Shown in pieces: positions 51,631 to 64,000 of a stretch of 64,000 nucleotides of DNA; position 1 is the stretch's first letter, and every line of letters starts with the position of its first letter. The stretch is from Lama glama (taxonomy: Eukaryota): positions 96,226,001-96,290,000 of the forward strand of contig CM052817.1 of NCBI GenBank assembly GCA_028534125.1, in the 5' to 3' direction. The notes under the pieces are model-generated. The model saw nothing but the letters and a program-made list of their open reading frames with translations, made no database searches and was not told where the DNA came from. A program made the translations under genes and the position numbers.

Positions 51631-54600
51631 GCCCCATCCTTTTTCATTTTGCTACAAATACTCAAGGTGGAAGTTCACTGTCTGTCCTTACATTTAATTG
51701 ACAATTTTTCTTTTACCTCCTACAAGAGCTGGCATAGTTTTTCACCTCTCTCCTGCAGCACCTCTCAGCAGAAACACCTTTCTCCAAATACCCATGACCC
51801 TCGTTTCTTTTTAAAAATTTGAATGGTGCATTGACATATATGTGTGTTATATGCTATGTTTCCTCTGTTAACTATATTTCTGCCTGTAAAGTATAGCTCT
51901 GCATCCCTGGGAAGATGTATATGAGAGTTTTTTTTTCCTTTTGCCAGCATCCATCTATTCATAAAATACAGATACATATTTCTCTTTCGCCATGTGAATA
52001 GGGATGGCTAGATACAGGGAACTGTGAATAAACAAGATAGTCCCAGAAAAAATTAGGACTATAAGGAGACTAGGAAAGGGCTAACGGCATCTGTGGTCAC
52101 ACACAGTAACCATATGGAAAGAGGGTCCAAAGGTGTGTTATAAAATAACAGAGTCACTAAGAATTCCAGGAGGAGAGCCAGGAGATGAAGCTCTGGATAA
52201 CCCAACTAATTACAATGAGATGTAAATAAGGCATAATGATGTAAATAGTATCTGAGAACTGATAGCCGTGTCCAAGATTTGATTCACATGGGGGAAAGGG
52301 AAATAAAAGGAGGGGAGGGTAGAAAGTGGGGAAAGGAGACGTGGAGGAAATGAGGAGCGGGCTGAAGATGGGGAAGGGGGGAGAAGGGTGGGGACCAAGT
52401 CTCTGTATTCCAAATAAGCCAGACTTTTCTCTGTGTTAGGGATGCCATTAGGCCTCCTGGAATGAGGTAAGAGAGGTTCTTGGGACGTTCATTTCAGTCG
52501 GCTACTATGGAAGGGAGCCTTGGAATGACTGAGAAATAGTCTTTGCAGTTGAGTTTGAATTTTGGCTTGAGCACTGGGGACTAGTATTAGTACACTGCTT
52601 AGTTCATGATTATTAGCCGAAGTTCATCTCTCAGAAGGACCTGCTTGAGGTCTGCCATGAGGAAGGAGTCTAGTCCAAGGACCTAGTCTTTCCTGAAGCC
52701 CTACTGGGTACTAATCAAAATGCCCCATGTATGATCTTATTTAACCTTCCCCAAACTGGTAAATACAATTTTTATTCTTACACCAAAGAGGAAGCTGAGG
52801 CTCACAGACATCAAATGACTCAAATTGATTAAAAAAAAAAAAAGGTGCTTGTTTAGGATTTAAACCTCAGATCACCAAAACCCCATACAGCTTGGTTCTA
52901 CCACATCAGGTACCAGTCAAGAAGCTTAGGTGGAGTAAGTTGCGTTCTCTGGACATAAATCTCTCCAGTTATACACAATGCTTGAGTTATGTGATTTCTA
53001 GTCTCTTCCAGTTCTATAATTCTGTGACTCTACTCAGGCAATCACAAGGACCTCCAACATAAAAGAACAGATACTAGCCAGTGATGCGCTTCTGATTGGT
53101 CTTTCTGAAGGAGTCTGATATACTACCAGCTTTGCAACCTACGGCAAAGTTCCCCACTTTAACCTGACCTGTGAGGTGACATCCATGGGGAGGGGGCACC
53201 TAGAATGATTCAGTGCCCCATACTTGGTCATCTGTGGTCCCATCCAGCTCTTCATGGTTTCATGTCCCGTTCCTTAACCACTTTGCCACAGATGAGGTCC
53301 CTGGGAATACTGATCAGCACTGATTTAAACCAAAATCCCTATGCAGAGGAAGTAAAGCTTTCCATCGCCTCTGAGCTGTAGGGGATCATTTCTAAAATTA
53401 TTTGGTGGCAAATAGGTCAGTAAATAAGCCAGCAAGGATCGGTCCAAATAAACACACAAATGACTTGGCTACAATTTCTAAAGGCTGGTCAAAATCTGAA
53501 AGAATATATTATAATATGGCATAATATTTGATTAAAAAATATTAAAATATATCTATACTATGAAGAGAGCATAGTAATTTAAATATGCAAGTATTTCCCT
53601 TTAAGCATGATTAACAATGAAATAATTTCCATCCAATTTATATTTCCAACTGTGAATAGGATTTTAAAGATTCTCTTACTTCCTGAGTAAAGGCTGATAT
53701 CCATATTAAGACTGGATATTTGTTAAGACATGATGCCTGCTGGTTTTACCTGAAATTTTTAAATTTCATACACCTGAGATATTATAAAAAGTCATCAATC
53801 TAGCGATCATTTTGACAAAGCTAAATGTAAATATAAATTAAGATCATAAATCAGATTTTCAAATTTGGCTCATAGCTTCCCTTTAGATCTTCTTCAGCAT
53901 GTTCCTATGTTTTGTGCCCTTTGTTACCAGGTAAACTTTAATATATCAGAACCAGGCAAGATTTCCAGATTCCACTATCAATCTCATTGAAGGACAAGTG
54001 CCTAGATAACTTTCCTTCTCTGGACTTCTCAAGTGTTACCATTATTTTTCACTGAGAAAGAGAGCAGAGAAAAGAAGAATGATTATACCAAGGTTTCACA
54101 AAAACACAAGTTTACTGAAAACAGAAAAGAGAAGGCCTTGGGCACATTCACAGATGCAAAAAGTCTCCTGAGGGCACCTGACCTTTATCTTGTTGCACCA
54201 AGAATTATCAGCAAATCTTCATTATCACTATGAATAACAAAGATCACAGGAGTAGCTGTGACAAGGAAGACATACCAACTATTGTTCAGCTAAGTACCTG
54301 AAATGCATGATTCTATGCTAAGCAAAATTCTAGAGAATTCACTAATATTTCAAGTGAATCAAGGAAGAAAATGGAGCCAAGATGTTTTGTGCGAGTGACT
54401 GAAGGTGGCGTTCCACCAATACCAGCAGTAATCAATTTTTCTCAATAACATCAGGTAGCACCAGAAAACACATCTTAAAAGACACACACAGTGATTGTGT
54501 AAAACAATCATTTTTCACAATTATACAATGATTGTGTAAAACAAGAATCCAGGTATGAATAGAAGAGGCTTAAGCCTCAAGTTTTTTGTTTTCTTTCGTT

Positions 54601-56554
54601 TTTTTTAATTATATTTTAAAATTATATGACATCTACATGAACAATAAGGACGTTGGCATGCATTGATAGTTTTTCACCTAAAACAAAGTGTACTCTTAAA
54701 ATAAAACTACTACAAAGGAGTTTCACTTTAACTAAAGCCCACATAAACAAGACATCCAGCCACGTATTAGAAAATACAAACAAAACCCAAACAATGTTGT
54801 GAACTGCAGAATACTCAGTAGGGTGTTAAGACAAACACTATGTAGAGAAAATAAGATTTCATACATTTGGGTATCACCCAAATTGTAGCTTACCCCTCTT
54901 CCCTGTACATCTCTGAAAGTTTATAGATATTTGTTGTATCACAGCAGATGTCTAGAACAAATATTAAGCAAAGGAGAATGTATATGATCTCTCCCATTTT
55001 AGTTTTTTTTTTAAAGTAGGAAGATTGACTAGATATTAACACAAATGGGTTTAAATGTGAAGCTGCCATAAAAGCAGGAACATAAATGTAATTCTCCCAG
55101 CCGCTATTTTGATGCACATTTTTGATTCCATGAATATTTTATGAAATGGCCCAAACTAAAGCCATATAACATTCCTGCATTACTGATGCTTGCGCCCGTA
55201 AGCTACGAACATTAGAGGCATGATTGAGTGCATTAAAATGAACTCATTCAGCAGTGCATTGATTACTTGAAGGGGGAGGGAAAAGAAAAAAGGAAAAAAA
55301 AAAAAAAGAAAGAAGTTGCTCCACTTAAGAAAACAGCACACAAATCTAAAGTTTGCAATATAATAAGGGTGAAGGCAAGTTTGAAATAAAATAATATTTC
55401 ACAAATAAAGTATGACTGTTTAAATCTGACATTAATTAGACAAGGTGTTAATTATGTCCAAAGATGCTCCGATATTGTTCAGGTAATTTAAAATGTCACA
55501 ATCTAAGATGCACAGGCTGGCCTGCTTTAGCTCCACGCATCAGCAGTTCTGAAAGTAGCTAATTATTTCCTTTTCTATCAACTTGTACATTTGCCAGTAA
55601 AAATAATGCTACAGAAACAATTGCATGAAAATAATTTGACAGGTCCATAAAGCCTATTTCTTCAGCAGCACTGGTATAAGTCATAAGCATATTTAGTTGT
55701 AAATTGTGCAGATTTGTTGAAGAATTTAAGGCAATATTCCACTTTGGTTTAAAACAACAACCTAAAGGAACAATAAAGCTTTATGTATATTGTATTACAT
55801 TTTAATCTGGAGCTACTGGACATCTTTGGCAGTAAGTTACTGTTCTGTACAATGTAGACATAAAATCTGCTAGAAGCAATATTGAACAGCAGCAAAATGA
55901 GAAAAATGTTATGGTCCTTTTGTAAAAACAAAGACATTGTTTTCCATTTCAGTTTAACTGCACAAACAATTTATATTATCTTTAGGTTTTTACATTCAAT
56001 TATGATAATTATAACGGCGCTATACATGTGGAAATATTAAGGGCTTGTCATACTTCCCAATGGAAACTACCACTTTCAGAGGTTTGCCTCTTGTCAGGGG
56101 AGATTTGTTCAGTACTATAACCCACTGCACACCATTGCAAAATGGAATGCCGGAAAACAGATTTTGTTTCTGTAACTCAGTAGCATCCCTAATGAACTGG
56201 GGAGAAAATGTGCCTGTAACTTTTGAGTAGCTACTTTGGGACACTTAGAAGAAATTTAAGGTGCTATTTACAAAACGAAATCCTTTATTATTTTGAGCAA
56301 AGATTTCAGACGGACATTATAGGAATGCTACTCTTATTCTGTTAAAGAGGATAGGTCACTAAACGAGACAATGAAAAGGATCATAGGAAGACAGGAAGGC
56401 AGGTGTGGGGAAAACTCACCAAGGGCTTTATCCCCAGTGTTGGCAATACTAGTAAGTTAATTTTCAAATTCCAGAAAATTTTCCTGGACCTCTAAAATAT
56501 TCTGGAAGGGCTGTTATTAATTCCCATTGTTTTAAAAAATTTTACATCATTTAT

Positions 56555-56676
56555 CTTTTAATTTGGTTTATTTATTTATTTTATTATTATCTTTTTTAAC
56601 AGAGGTACTGGGGATTGAACCCAGGACCTCCTGCATGCTAAGCAGACACTCTACCACTGAGCTATACCCTCTCCCT
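56555..56676 (-). mobile_element. Vic-1-type SINE
   Basis: Reverse complement gggagagggtatagctcagtggtagagtgtctgcttagcatgcaggaggtcctgggttcaatccccagtacctc plus A-rich tail. Confidence 0.88.
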
Positions 56677-57329
56677 CTAATTGTTGTTGTTTCTGATTTT
56701 AGATAGCTGAATAGTGGTCAGTGATGGAAACGGTGCCCAGACTTGACTGCTCCGTGTCATAATAAACCTCAGACAGTAGTTTCCCTTCAAGTGTTTTCTG
56801 AGGATTAAGCATGAGTCAGCTTTGCTCTAAAGTGTTCATAATTGGCAGTATCAAAATTACTCAAATAATTTTCAAAAAGGTAAAACACTTGTATAATGTA
56901 TAAAAAATAGGAAATTAATACTAGCCATTAAAAAGCGTATAGAGCTTTCCACCTCATCTTAAAATAATAAGTAAAAAGTGTTGACAAGCATAAAAATCTG
57001 AGGAGAAATAAAGTCAATACTGACATTAGATCAACTAATGAATTATATTGCTCTGGACTTAATCAATAACGTAGTTCTTGCTTGAATTATATATTGCTCA
57101 TGATTTTAAATAAACCACGATCTGACTGTATATCCTGTATGTTTATATGAGCAAAGAGGAAGGTGTAGAGCATATATACTGAAATATTAGTATTGCTCCT
57201 CTTATTAAGGAAGATGGAGGTAAATATGAAGGGTATTAACTTTTCCCTTATACATCATTGTTTTGATTGATAATAAGCAGATGCTAATTTTGAATATTAA
57301 AAAACTAACTTTTTGAATATAAAAAAACC

Positions 57330-57412
57330 TAGTCAGAAAGAGAAAGAAAAATGACATATGATATCACCTATACGGAGAACCTCAACAAAAAGGATACAAA
57401 TGAACTACTTAT
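57330..57412 (+). mobile_element. Short L1 3' fragment
   Basis: agtcagaaagagaaagaaaaatgacatatgatatcacctata...gatacaaatgaact. Confidence 0.7.
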
Positions 57413-57859
57413 TATTTATAACTTAGATGATTGATTTTTTTGAATTTGTGTAAGCACATTTGACTGTCCTTTATGATTGGATTACTGCATTTTGTTGATT
57501 CTTATTTTGTGGTTGGCTTTATTCCTTTGATAACTTTGTAAGTTTAAAAAGCTAAAGCTCTAAACTGTTCTTAGAAACAATGAACAGTACATATATGTAA
57601 ATTTTTTTAAATGTGCAGTATATTGTATATATGTATTTACATGCAATATATTGTATATGTGCAGTCAAATGGAATCAATTTTACTTAATAAAACTGAAAA
57701 ATGAAAAAAAACCCTAACTAACTGTAAGTAATCATTTTAGGTGAGTATAGAGTGAGAAAAATAATATTAGTGGAGTACTTACTATGTGCCTGGAATGACA
57801 GTAGCTGATATATACACACATGTATAGACATATATATGAATTTATATTTTATTCAAAAA

Positions 57860-58188
57860 TTTTTATTTTTATTGAGGTATAGTTGATTTATAATATTACA
57901 TTAGTTTCAGTTCAAAATAATTCAAAATTTTTGTAGATAATTTATATAGTACAGTACAGATAATTGGCTGTATTTTCTGTGTTATACAATATATCCTTGT
58001 GGCTTATTTATTCTATATATAGTAGTTTGTACCTCTTCATCCCCTACCCCTATCTTGCCCCTCCCTGCTTCCACCTCCCCATTGGTAACCACTAGTTTGT
58101 TCTCTGTATCTGTGAGTCTGTTTCTGTTTTGTTATATTCATTCATTGGTTTTATTTTTTTTCAGTTCCACATATAAGTGATAATGGTA
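57860..58188 (-). mobile_element. L1 3' UTR fragment inserted into a MIR (about 57770-57850 and 58190-58300)
   Basis: ttttattgaggtatagttgattta ... ggtaaccactagtttgttctctgtatctgtgagtctgtttctg ... ttccacatataagtgat. Confidence 0.88.
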
Positions 58189-60301
58189 TCTGCATTTTAG
58201 GGATGAAGAAAATGAGCCTTAGGGATTCTCTTGCCTAAATTCACATACCAAGTAGGTGGCGGAGCTGATGCCTAAAGCTCGTGATGGCTTTACTTAGTCA
58301 AAGTGTGACCCCTTTTGGAAACTGTCCAAAGTCTGACTTAAAGGTAGAGACCAAGGTTGAACCTCAAACACCATGATGTAACTGGACCATTCCCACCCTT
58401 CCTTTAAGGAGAAACAAGGAGAAGCATGCCAACCTCAGGGTGTGGCTGTAAGGGGCATTCAAACAGCTGCAGGGGCACCCTGCGGTGTGCCTGGGGCTTT
58501 GTGGATGCTCAGTAACTTTTCATGCCGTTTTATCTTTTTTTTTTTTTTAGGTTTGCCATTTGGAGCCATATCTGATGGGCCTGTTATATGGAATGCTTCA
58601 AAGCTGAAATATTATGGAACAGTGTCATTTATTCAAATTTAAAGACACTAGTTTTAAGACACTACTTGGAAACAGCACCCTTCATCCAACATTCGCCCAA
58701 CAGCCCTGTCACTCTCGGTCAGTGGTACCTCTGAGGAGCTATTTCTGGGGAGGTGCCTCTTCTCAGAGAGTCAGAGGAAACACTGTCTCCAGAACAGTTT
58801 ATTCAGTGGGGCAAGAACTGCAGGCTCAGGGCAGCGATTCAAGACCTCCTTGCAAAGCTTTGAAAAACAGAAACCTGCTGCAGAGCAGGCACCTCTGAAC
58901 GAGGCTTCCTCTCCCTGCTACTCGTTAAGCAGTAAATAATTAAAACACCCTGAAAAAGACAGGTAAAATACAAGCAGCCATGTCAGTAACACAGACATGA
59001 AAGAGAAGGGGAAGAAAATGAATTTTAAAAAAAGGCCAGGAAATAATTCATTTGAAGCTCTAATAAAGTTTCATTTGCAGTCTTGTTTAAAGATATATCA
59101 GACTTTAGGGATGTAACCTAATTACATTTTTATTCTAAGTTCCATTCAAAGATCTTGGACTTTGATTCTTTAACACAGATCAAACATGGAATAATTTTCT
59201 TGTGGCTATCAATACTTAAAAAGGATCTCTTCATTAAATACTATAAGGTCTTAGGAACGTGTACACATAGTAGATGGAGAATAAACTGACATGCCCTGAA
59301 AAGTGACAATTAATTTATGTAGAAATAGCAATGCTAATTCACTTAACTTCTGGAAAAAAAAACAAAACCTTTTTAACTATTACATCTGCTTTCATTCAGA
59401 TAGAAAGTGACTCAGTTTCTAATACTGATCAAATCGGATGCACCTTAGAAAATGTATGCTGGTGCCCACTTTTAAATCCATTCTTGGAAATTTACCCAGA
59501 AAAATGAAGTAATGGAAGGAGGAAGCCTTGAAATCATGCAGAGATTAAAGGGGAGATGCTTTCAACAAACGTACAGTCAGCCCTAGAGCCTTAGTGATGG
59601 GTGGATGTGTTACAGTAATCACTGTTCATACTTAGAAACTTTCTGGATTGGCTTTATTTTATATTGTTACTAAGAAACCTGAATGGAATAACACATTTTC
59701 TCTTCAGAGAATCTTTTTGGAAAAGTTTCCGTCAAAGGGACTTTTAAAATGCTAAATTAGAAGCAGTTTATAAGTGGGTGGCAACAAACAGGATTTTTTT
59801 TTTTTTTTACTATTAAGAGGAAAAAAAATGTTCCCAATGAACGGGGAGAGTTGTACTAGAGGTGAGAGTAGGCAGAGCAAAGTCACTTGGCCTTAAAGAG
59901 TCCAGTACGGACTCCTGGGTCATGATTCAGCAGGAAACGTTGGAAAGGCTTTGTTGGGGTTGTTTTTTGTTTGTTTTCCCCTCTTCAGAATAGCCACAGT
60001 GTCCACCAGTGAATCTGTTTTCAAGGATAAACACTGCATGTGATGTCCTTTGTCCGTTCCAGTGCTATTTTTCCTTGCAGTGGTCTGTATGTAAGGAGGC
60101 TTCGTGGTTACAAATTTTAAAATATGATAGTAATTTAAATAGAAAGTAAAGGTCATTTAAAACCAAAAATAACCATATTATGCTTGTCAAAAATCTATTA
60201 ACAGCAAATAACAAAAACGTTATTGTCTTACCACTGTTTGATACATGAATAAAACACTAGGTTTAGAAAGACAAAAGAAAAATTTAAATTTTTGTTATAT
60301 T

Positions 60302-60415
60302 TAAGATGACCAATTCCTCCCAGTTTGCCAAGACTTCTTTTTGTTCCTATCCCAGAAGTCTTGAGTCCCAGGAACTCCCTCAGACTCAGGCAAATTGGGG
60401 TGACTGGCCACCCTA
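60302..60415. mobile_element. MER81-like hAT-Blackjack MITE (114 bp)
   Basis: TIRs taagatgaccaattcctcccagtttgcc / ggcaaattggggtgactggccacccta. Confidence 0.8.
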
Positions 60416-60619
60416 ATCCTGACCCAAAATACAAACGAATTCGGAAAATATAATTGAGTAAATTATGTAAGTGGTATTTAGCAAAAGTATAATGCAATAT
60501 AGGCTTTACGTATTTTATGGGCAAAAGTATTACATCAGCATGAATGAAGCACTCCATGGAAAAACCTGAACAATTACTGACAATGACACCGACAATCAAT
60601 CAAAATGTTTTTGTTTTGG

Positions 60620-61300
60620 TCAAGTATCATTCTACTCCTTTTTTACCCATGTATATCTTTTACACAGTTATAAAGAGATTACTATAATTATTTTGTTTAT
60701 CTAAATTGTTTTATTAGAACTATCTTCCATATTAAATATTTTCATAACTTTAAATATTTATCATTAGCATTATAAAAGGCTGCATAATATTTCTTTGGGG
60801 GGGAATGTATACTTTAATCATATGTCTAGTGCCTGCATATTTAGATTATTTCTCCATTATAAATAATGCTTCAATTAACACCTTAATGTATTTTTCTATA
60901 TTTAAATTATTTTTAATTTCTAGAAGTGAAATTAATAGATAAAAATGTATGGGATGTTTTTGTCATTGCTGTGCATTGCTGTGTTACTTTCCAAAACTAT
61001 TTAAATGATTCACATTATTACCAGCAATACACAGAAGCATTATTTTAAAGAACCAAGATTGTTTTGTTTTTGTATTTTAGGAAGTTTAAATGGTATTTCA
61101 CAATTATTCAAATTGATTTTTTTTAGAGAAGTTACTTATTTTCCTAGATATTTATTACATATCACTTTTCCTTTTTTGGCAAATTATCTGTTTGTATCCT
61201 TTTTCTATTAATTACAGTGGTCTTAACATTTTCCTTCCCAATTGATGTATGCTTTACATAGAATACAGCTACTAATTCTTTATAGCATATGTTATTTATA
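60620..61300 (-). mobile_element. Ancient L1ME-like fragment
   Basis: ggctgcataatattt, ttagattatttc...attataaataatgct, ttctagaagtgaaatt, gcaaattatctgtttgtatcctttt. Confidence 0.6.
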
Positions 61301-62019
61301 CAAAGTTGTTTTTTCCTCCTTTCTCCGATCCCCTGCCCTATATCTGACTTCTGCCTCTTCTGCTGTCATGTCTAGAAGTCATCCTTTCCATCTATTCAGC
61401 CAGCAGACCAGCCCACTCTCCCTCCCAGTCTTAGTGCCTCCTACATCTTCCCCTGCTTCTAGGTTATCCCACCCACAATTATTGGGCAGTCTGACTCATA
61501 CATGGATTTCATGGCATGATGAAAAGCCCCGTTATAAAGGCACCCAAGGCTGCCTATCCCTGTGCATTCAGTCAGCTAATCATTTTCTCTTCCATCTTCT
61601 TTTCCATGTTGGCAAGGCCCTGTCTACAGTATTAGCCTTCACAGAGATAGTTTTCTTAGAGAACCATCCTTTATGTGCATAATCTGGAGAGGCTAAAAGG
61701 GGAGTGGAGATTAAGTCACGAGGGGGTCATGTCACCAGTAAGCCCTGATGGAATGGGATTCTTACTGTGCATTACATGGGACTCCCAGGGGGATGGGGCT
61801 GGGGGAAGGACCATGGAGGCAATGGTTGGACAAGTTGGCAAATGACAGAGGACACAGAAAAGGAGATACCACGTTTTGTTATTCATAATTTTGTCAGGAC
61901 CAGTTTTATTTCAAAAGCCTTTTCTTGTCACAATTTAAATAAAAATAAATCAAGGAAAGATAAACCTGGAAGGTCAACCTTGTGAGGCGTTGGCTGATCA
62001 AACCATTGTATAGGGAGGT

Positions 62020-62170
62020 AGCATTGGGTAGTGGGAAGGACACTGAACCTAAGATCCGAAGACCCAGGGTCCCATCTTGGTCTTGACATGCTTTAGTTGT
62101 TATTTAACCTCTCAGAATTCCTTTTTTCTGGAATAATATCACCAACCTCATTCATGAGGAAAAGCACTAT
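62020..62170 (+). mobile_element. MIR fragment
   Basis: gtagtgggaaggacactgaacct...gaagacccagggtcccatc ... ttatttaacctctcag. Confidence 0.65.
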
Positions 62171-64000
62171 ATGTATATAAATCTATACTATGAATATCTT
62201 TGTATACATGGCTGCCATTACGTACACTGCAGATACATCTGATTTGTTCTACGTCTGTCTAAATGGCAGCTGAATCAGTGTGAAGGGCCATATACCTATA
62301 GAGATAGTCCGTGTGTATTTGTGCTGAGTGTGACACAGAGAGGGGAAAGGGAGCTGATGTGGATGTGGAATTTTGGATCCAAGTCTTGCTCCTGCTACTA
62401 ACAAACTATGTGGCCATGGCAAAATCCTTTCATTACTTTGTTTCAGCTTAGGGTCTGGACTAGATGGCTTCTAAGACCCAAAACAGCTCTAAAATTCATT
62501 CATCTAAAAGAACTAAACAATATAATTTCTCAACTCAGTTTTAAACAATTGAGAACTATTTTGCAATTTGCTAAATCCGTATCTACCTGTTCATCCATAG
62601 GAAGGAGTTTTTCCTGACCCTTAGTGACATGCTTACAGCATCCCTTCTTGAACGTCAACTGTAGGAATCAGGAACACATAACATTAATCATGAGAGAACA
62701 ATTTTCCTCTTCTTCTAGTTCCCACCCAAGCTACTACCCTTTAAAGGGTTTCCTCATTTGTAAGCAGCAGCCCAGCCTCCGTGTGAAACAGCAGGGACAA
62801 GCAGAAAAAGCATTCGAGCTCTTGAGACCAAAAGAATATGTATCTACTAAGCACCTACTGTGCACACAAAAGTGATCCTACCACTTGGAAAGACGGCAGG
62901 GATGTTATTCACGGAGCAAGGTCTCCCCTCTCCCAATATGTTTAATGTTCTGAACGAAAAGTAAAGAAGTTGCTAGTTTTTAAGGATTGATCTTTCAATA
63001 GCCATTTAAGCAACCACAGAAATCAGAGCTGGAAGTGGACTCAGAGCACAAAACATCTGCTCCCACCCCTTCATTTTAAAGACAAGGAGAACAAGATCCA
63101 CAATGACTAAATAAATTACCCAGATACACATAGTTACCTAGCAAATGGCAGTGTCAAAAGAGAATCTAAGTTTATTGCCCAACCTGACAGTTTTTCCTCT
63201 GCTAGACTTCATCTCTAGCCTGATGTTCAAATGCCGTTTGGTTAAGTATGCCGACCAAGATAGTCATCCAATGTCTATTAACCATCACTAATTTAACTCT
63301 TGTGTGTGAATGTGCAGGCTTCCAATTTTATCTTGATTAAAGATTGTGTCCTATATGTCTAATATCCCTGAAGATCTGGGTTTCCCTTGCTATCTGAAAA
63401 AAAACAATCAATAATTAACATTTCCCCCTACTTTTTTACATCATTAATAATGTGACTGGATCTATAATACTTCTGTAAACTTCACCATTATTTTTTACTA
63501 ACTGAAAAAACTTCTATCCTTTTTAATACTTTTGAATTCAATGAAATCTTAAAAATTAGCTAGTCACCCCCTTCCCCACCCAGTTAAAAAATAAAACATT
63601 CCACAAGGTAACCAATTCTTTTAGCGTGGAATGACAAATGATGCAAAATAAGTCTCCGGCCATCCCACAACATCGGTGCCCTTCTCTGGGGCCCAGGCAG
63701 CTGAGATTTTGTGTATTTGATGGGTTTTTAAATCCTCTCAACAGCGTTTACATCTCTATTAATTTTTAATAAAATGAACGAGAAAATAAAATACCACACT
63801 AAAAACTGATATATCCTTTGCATTTCTTTTAGTTATTAAAGCTGTTTTTCTAATAAGCTGGCAAACATTATTCCATGACAAACAAGTAATTACCATGAAA
63901 TTTCTATCAATTCTGATATGGCATCTTTGATGATATTAAAATCTTTGATGACACTGTTGTATTTTAATCTTTTTTTTTTTGAGAACTGAATACTGTGATG

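Larger units (their letters stand above)
1..64000 (-). other. TTC29: TTC29 gene body (partial; five internal exons plus introns, both gene ends outside the window)
   Basis: Five phase-compatible minus-strand exons give one continuous TPR-like frame in the order recalled for human TTC29. No 5' or 3' terminal exon recognised. Confidence 0.9.

Noticed and set aside
1..64000. A previously undescribed multi-gene system
   Set aside because: All coding signal is explained by TTC29 exons and decayed transposons; the other short ORFs look like chance frames, many with non-ATG starts.

Overview
Mammalian genomic DNA, almost certainly camelid (three Vic-1-type tRNA-derived SINEs). It appears to lie wholly inside one minus-strand gene, TTC29 (TPR protein of the sperm flagellum/cilia; identified from recalled similarity to human TTC29, not a search). 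Five internal coding exons (49248-49460, 42913-42998, 20585-20676, 8315-8438, 1612-1840) have canonical AG/GT ends and matching phases, and splice into a stop-free 744-nt (248-codon) frame. Start and stop codons lie outside the window. The rest is intron: L1, L2, MIR and Vic-1 retroposons, MaLR/ERV1 LTRs, fossil DNA transposons (Kanga/Tc2, MARNA, MER44/Tigger7, MER20, MER5A, MER81), microsatellites and two 500-N gaps. Repeat family names come from remembered consensus sequences and their boundaries are approximate. I found no convincing novel gene system. Best leads: repeat-poor enhancer-like intronic blocks (one with six co-oriented CAGATG E-boxes, one with a POU4-like site; POU4F2 neighbours TTC29 in human), a near-perfect 103-bp local duplication, a YY1+ETS motif cluster, and a hydrophobic intron read-through after the last exon seen.
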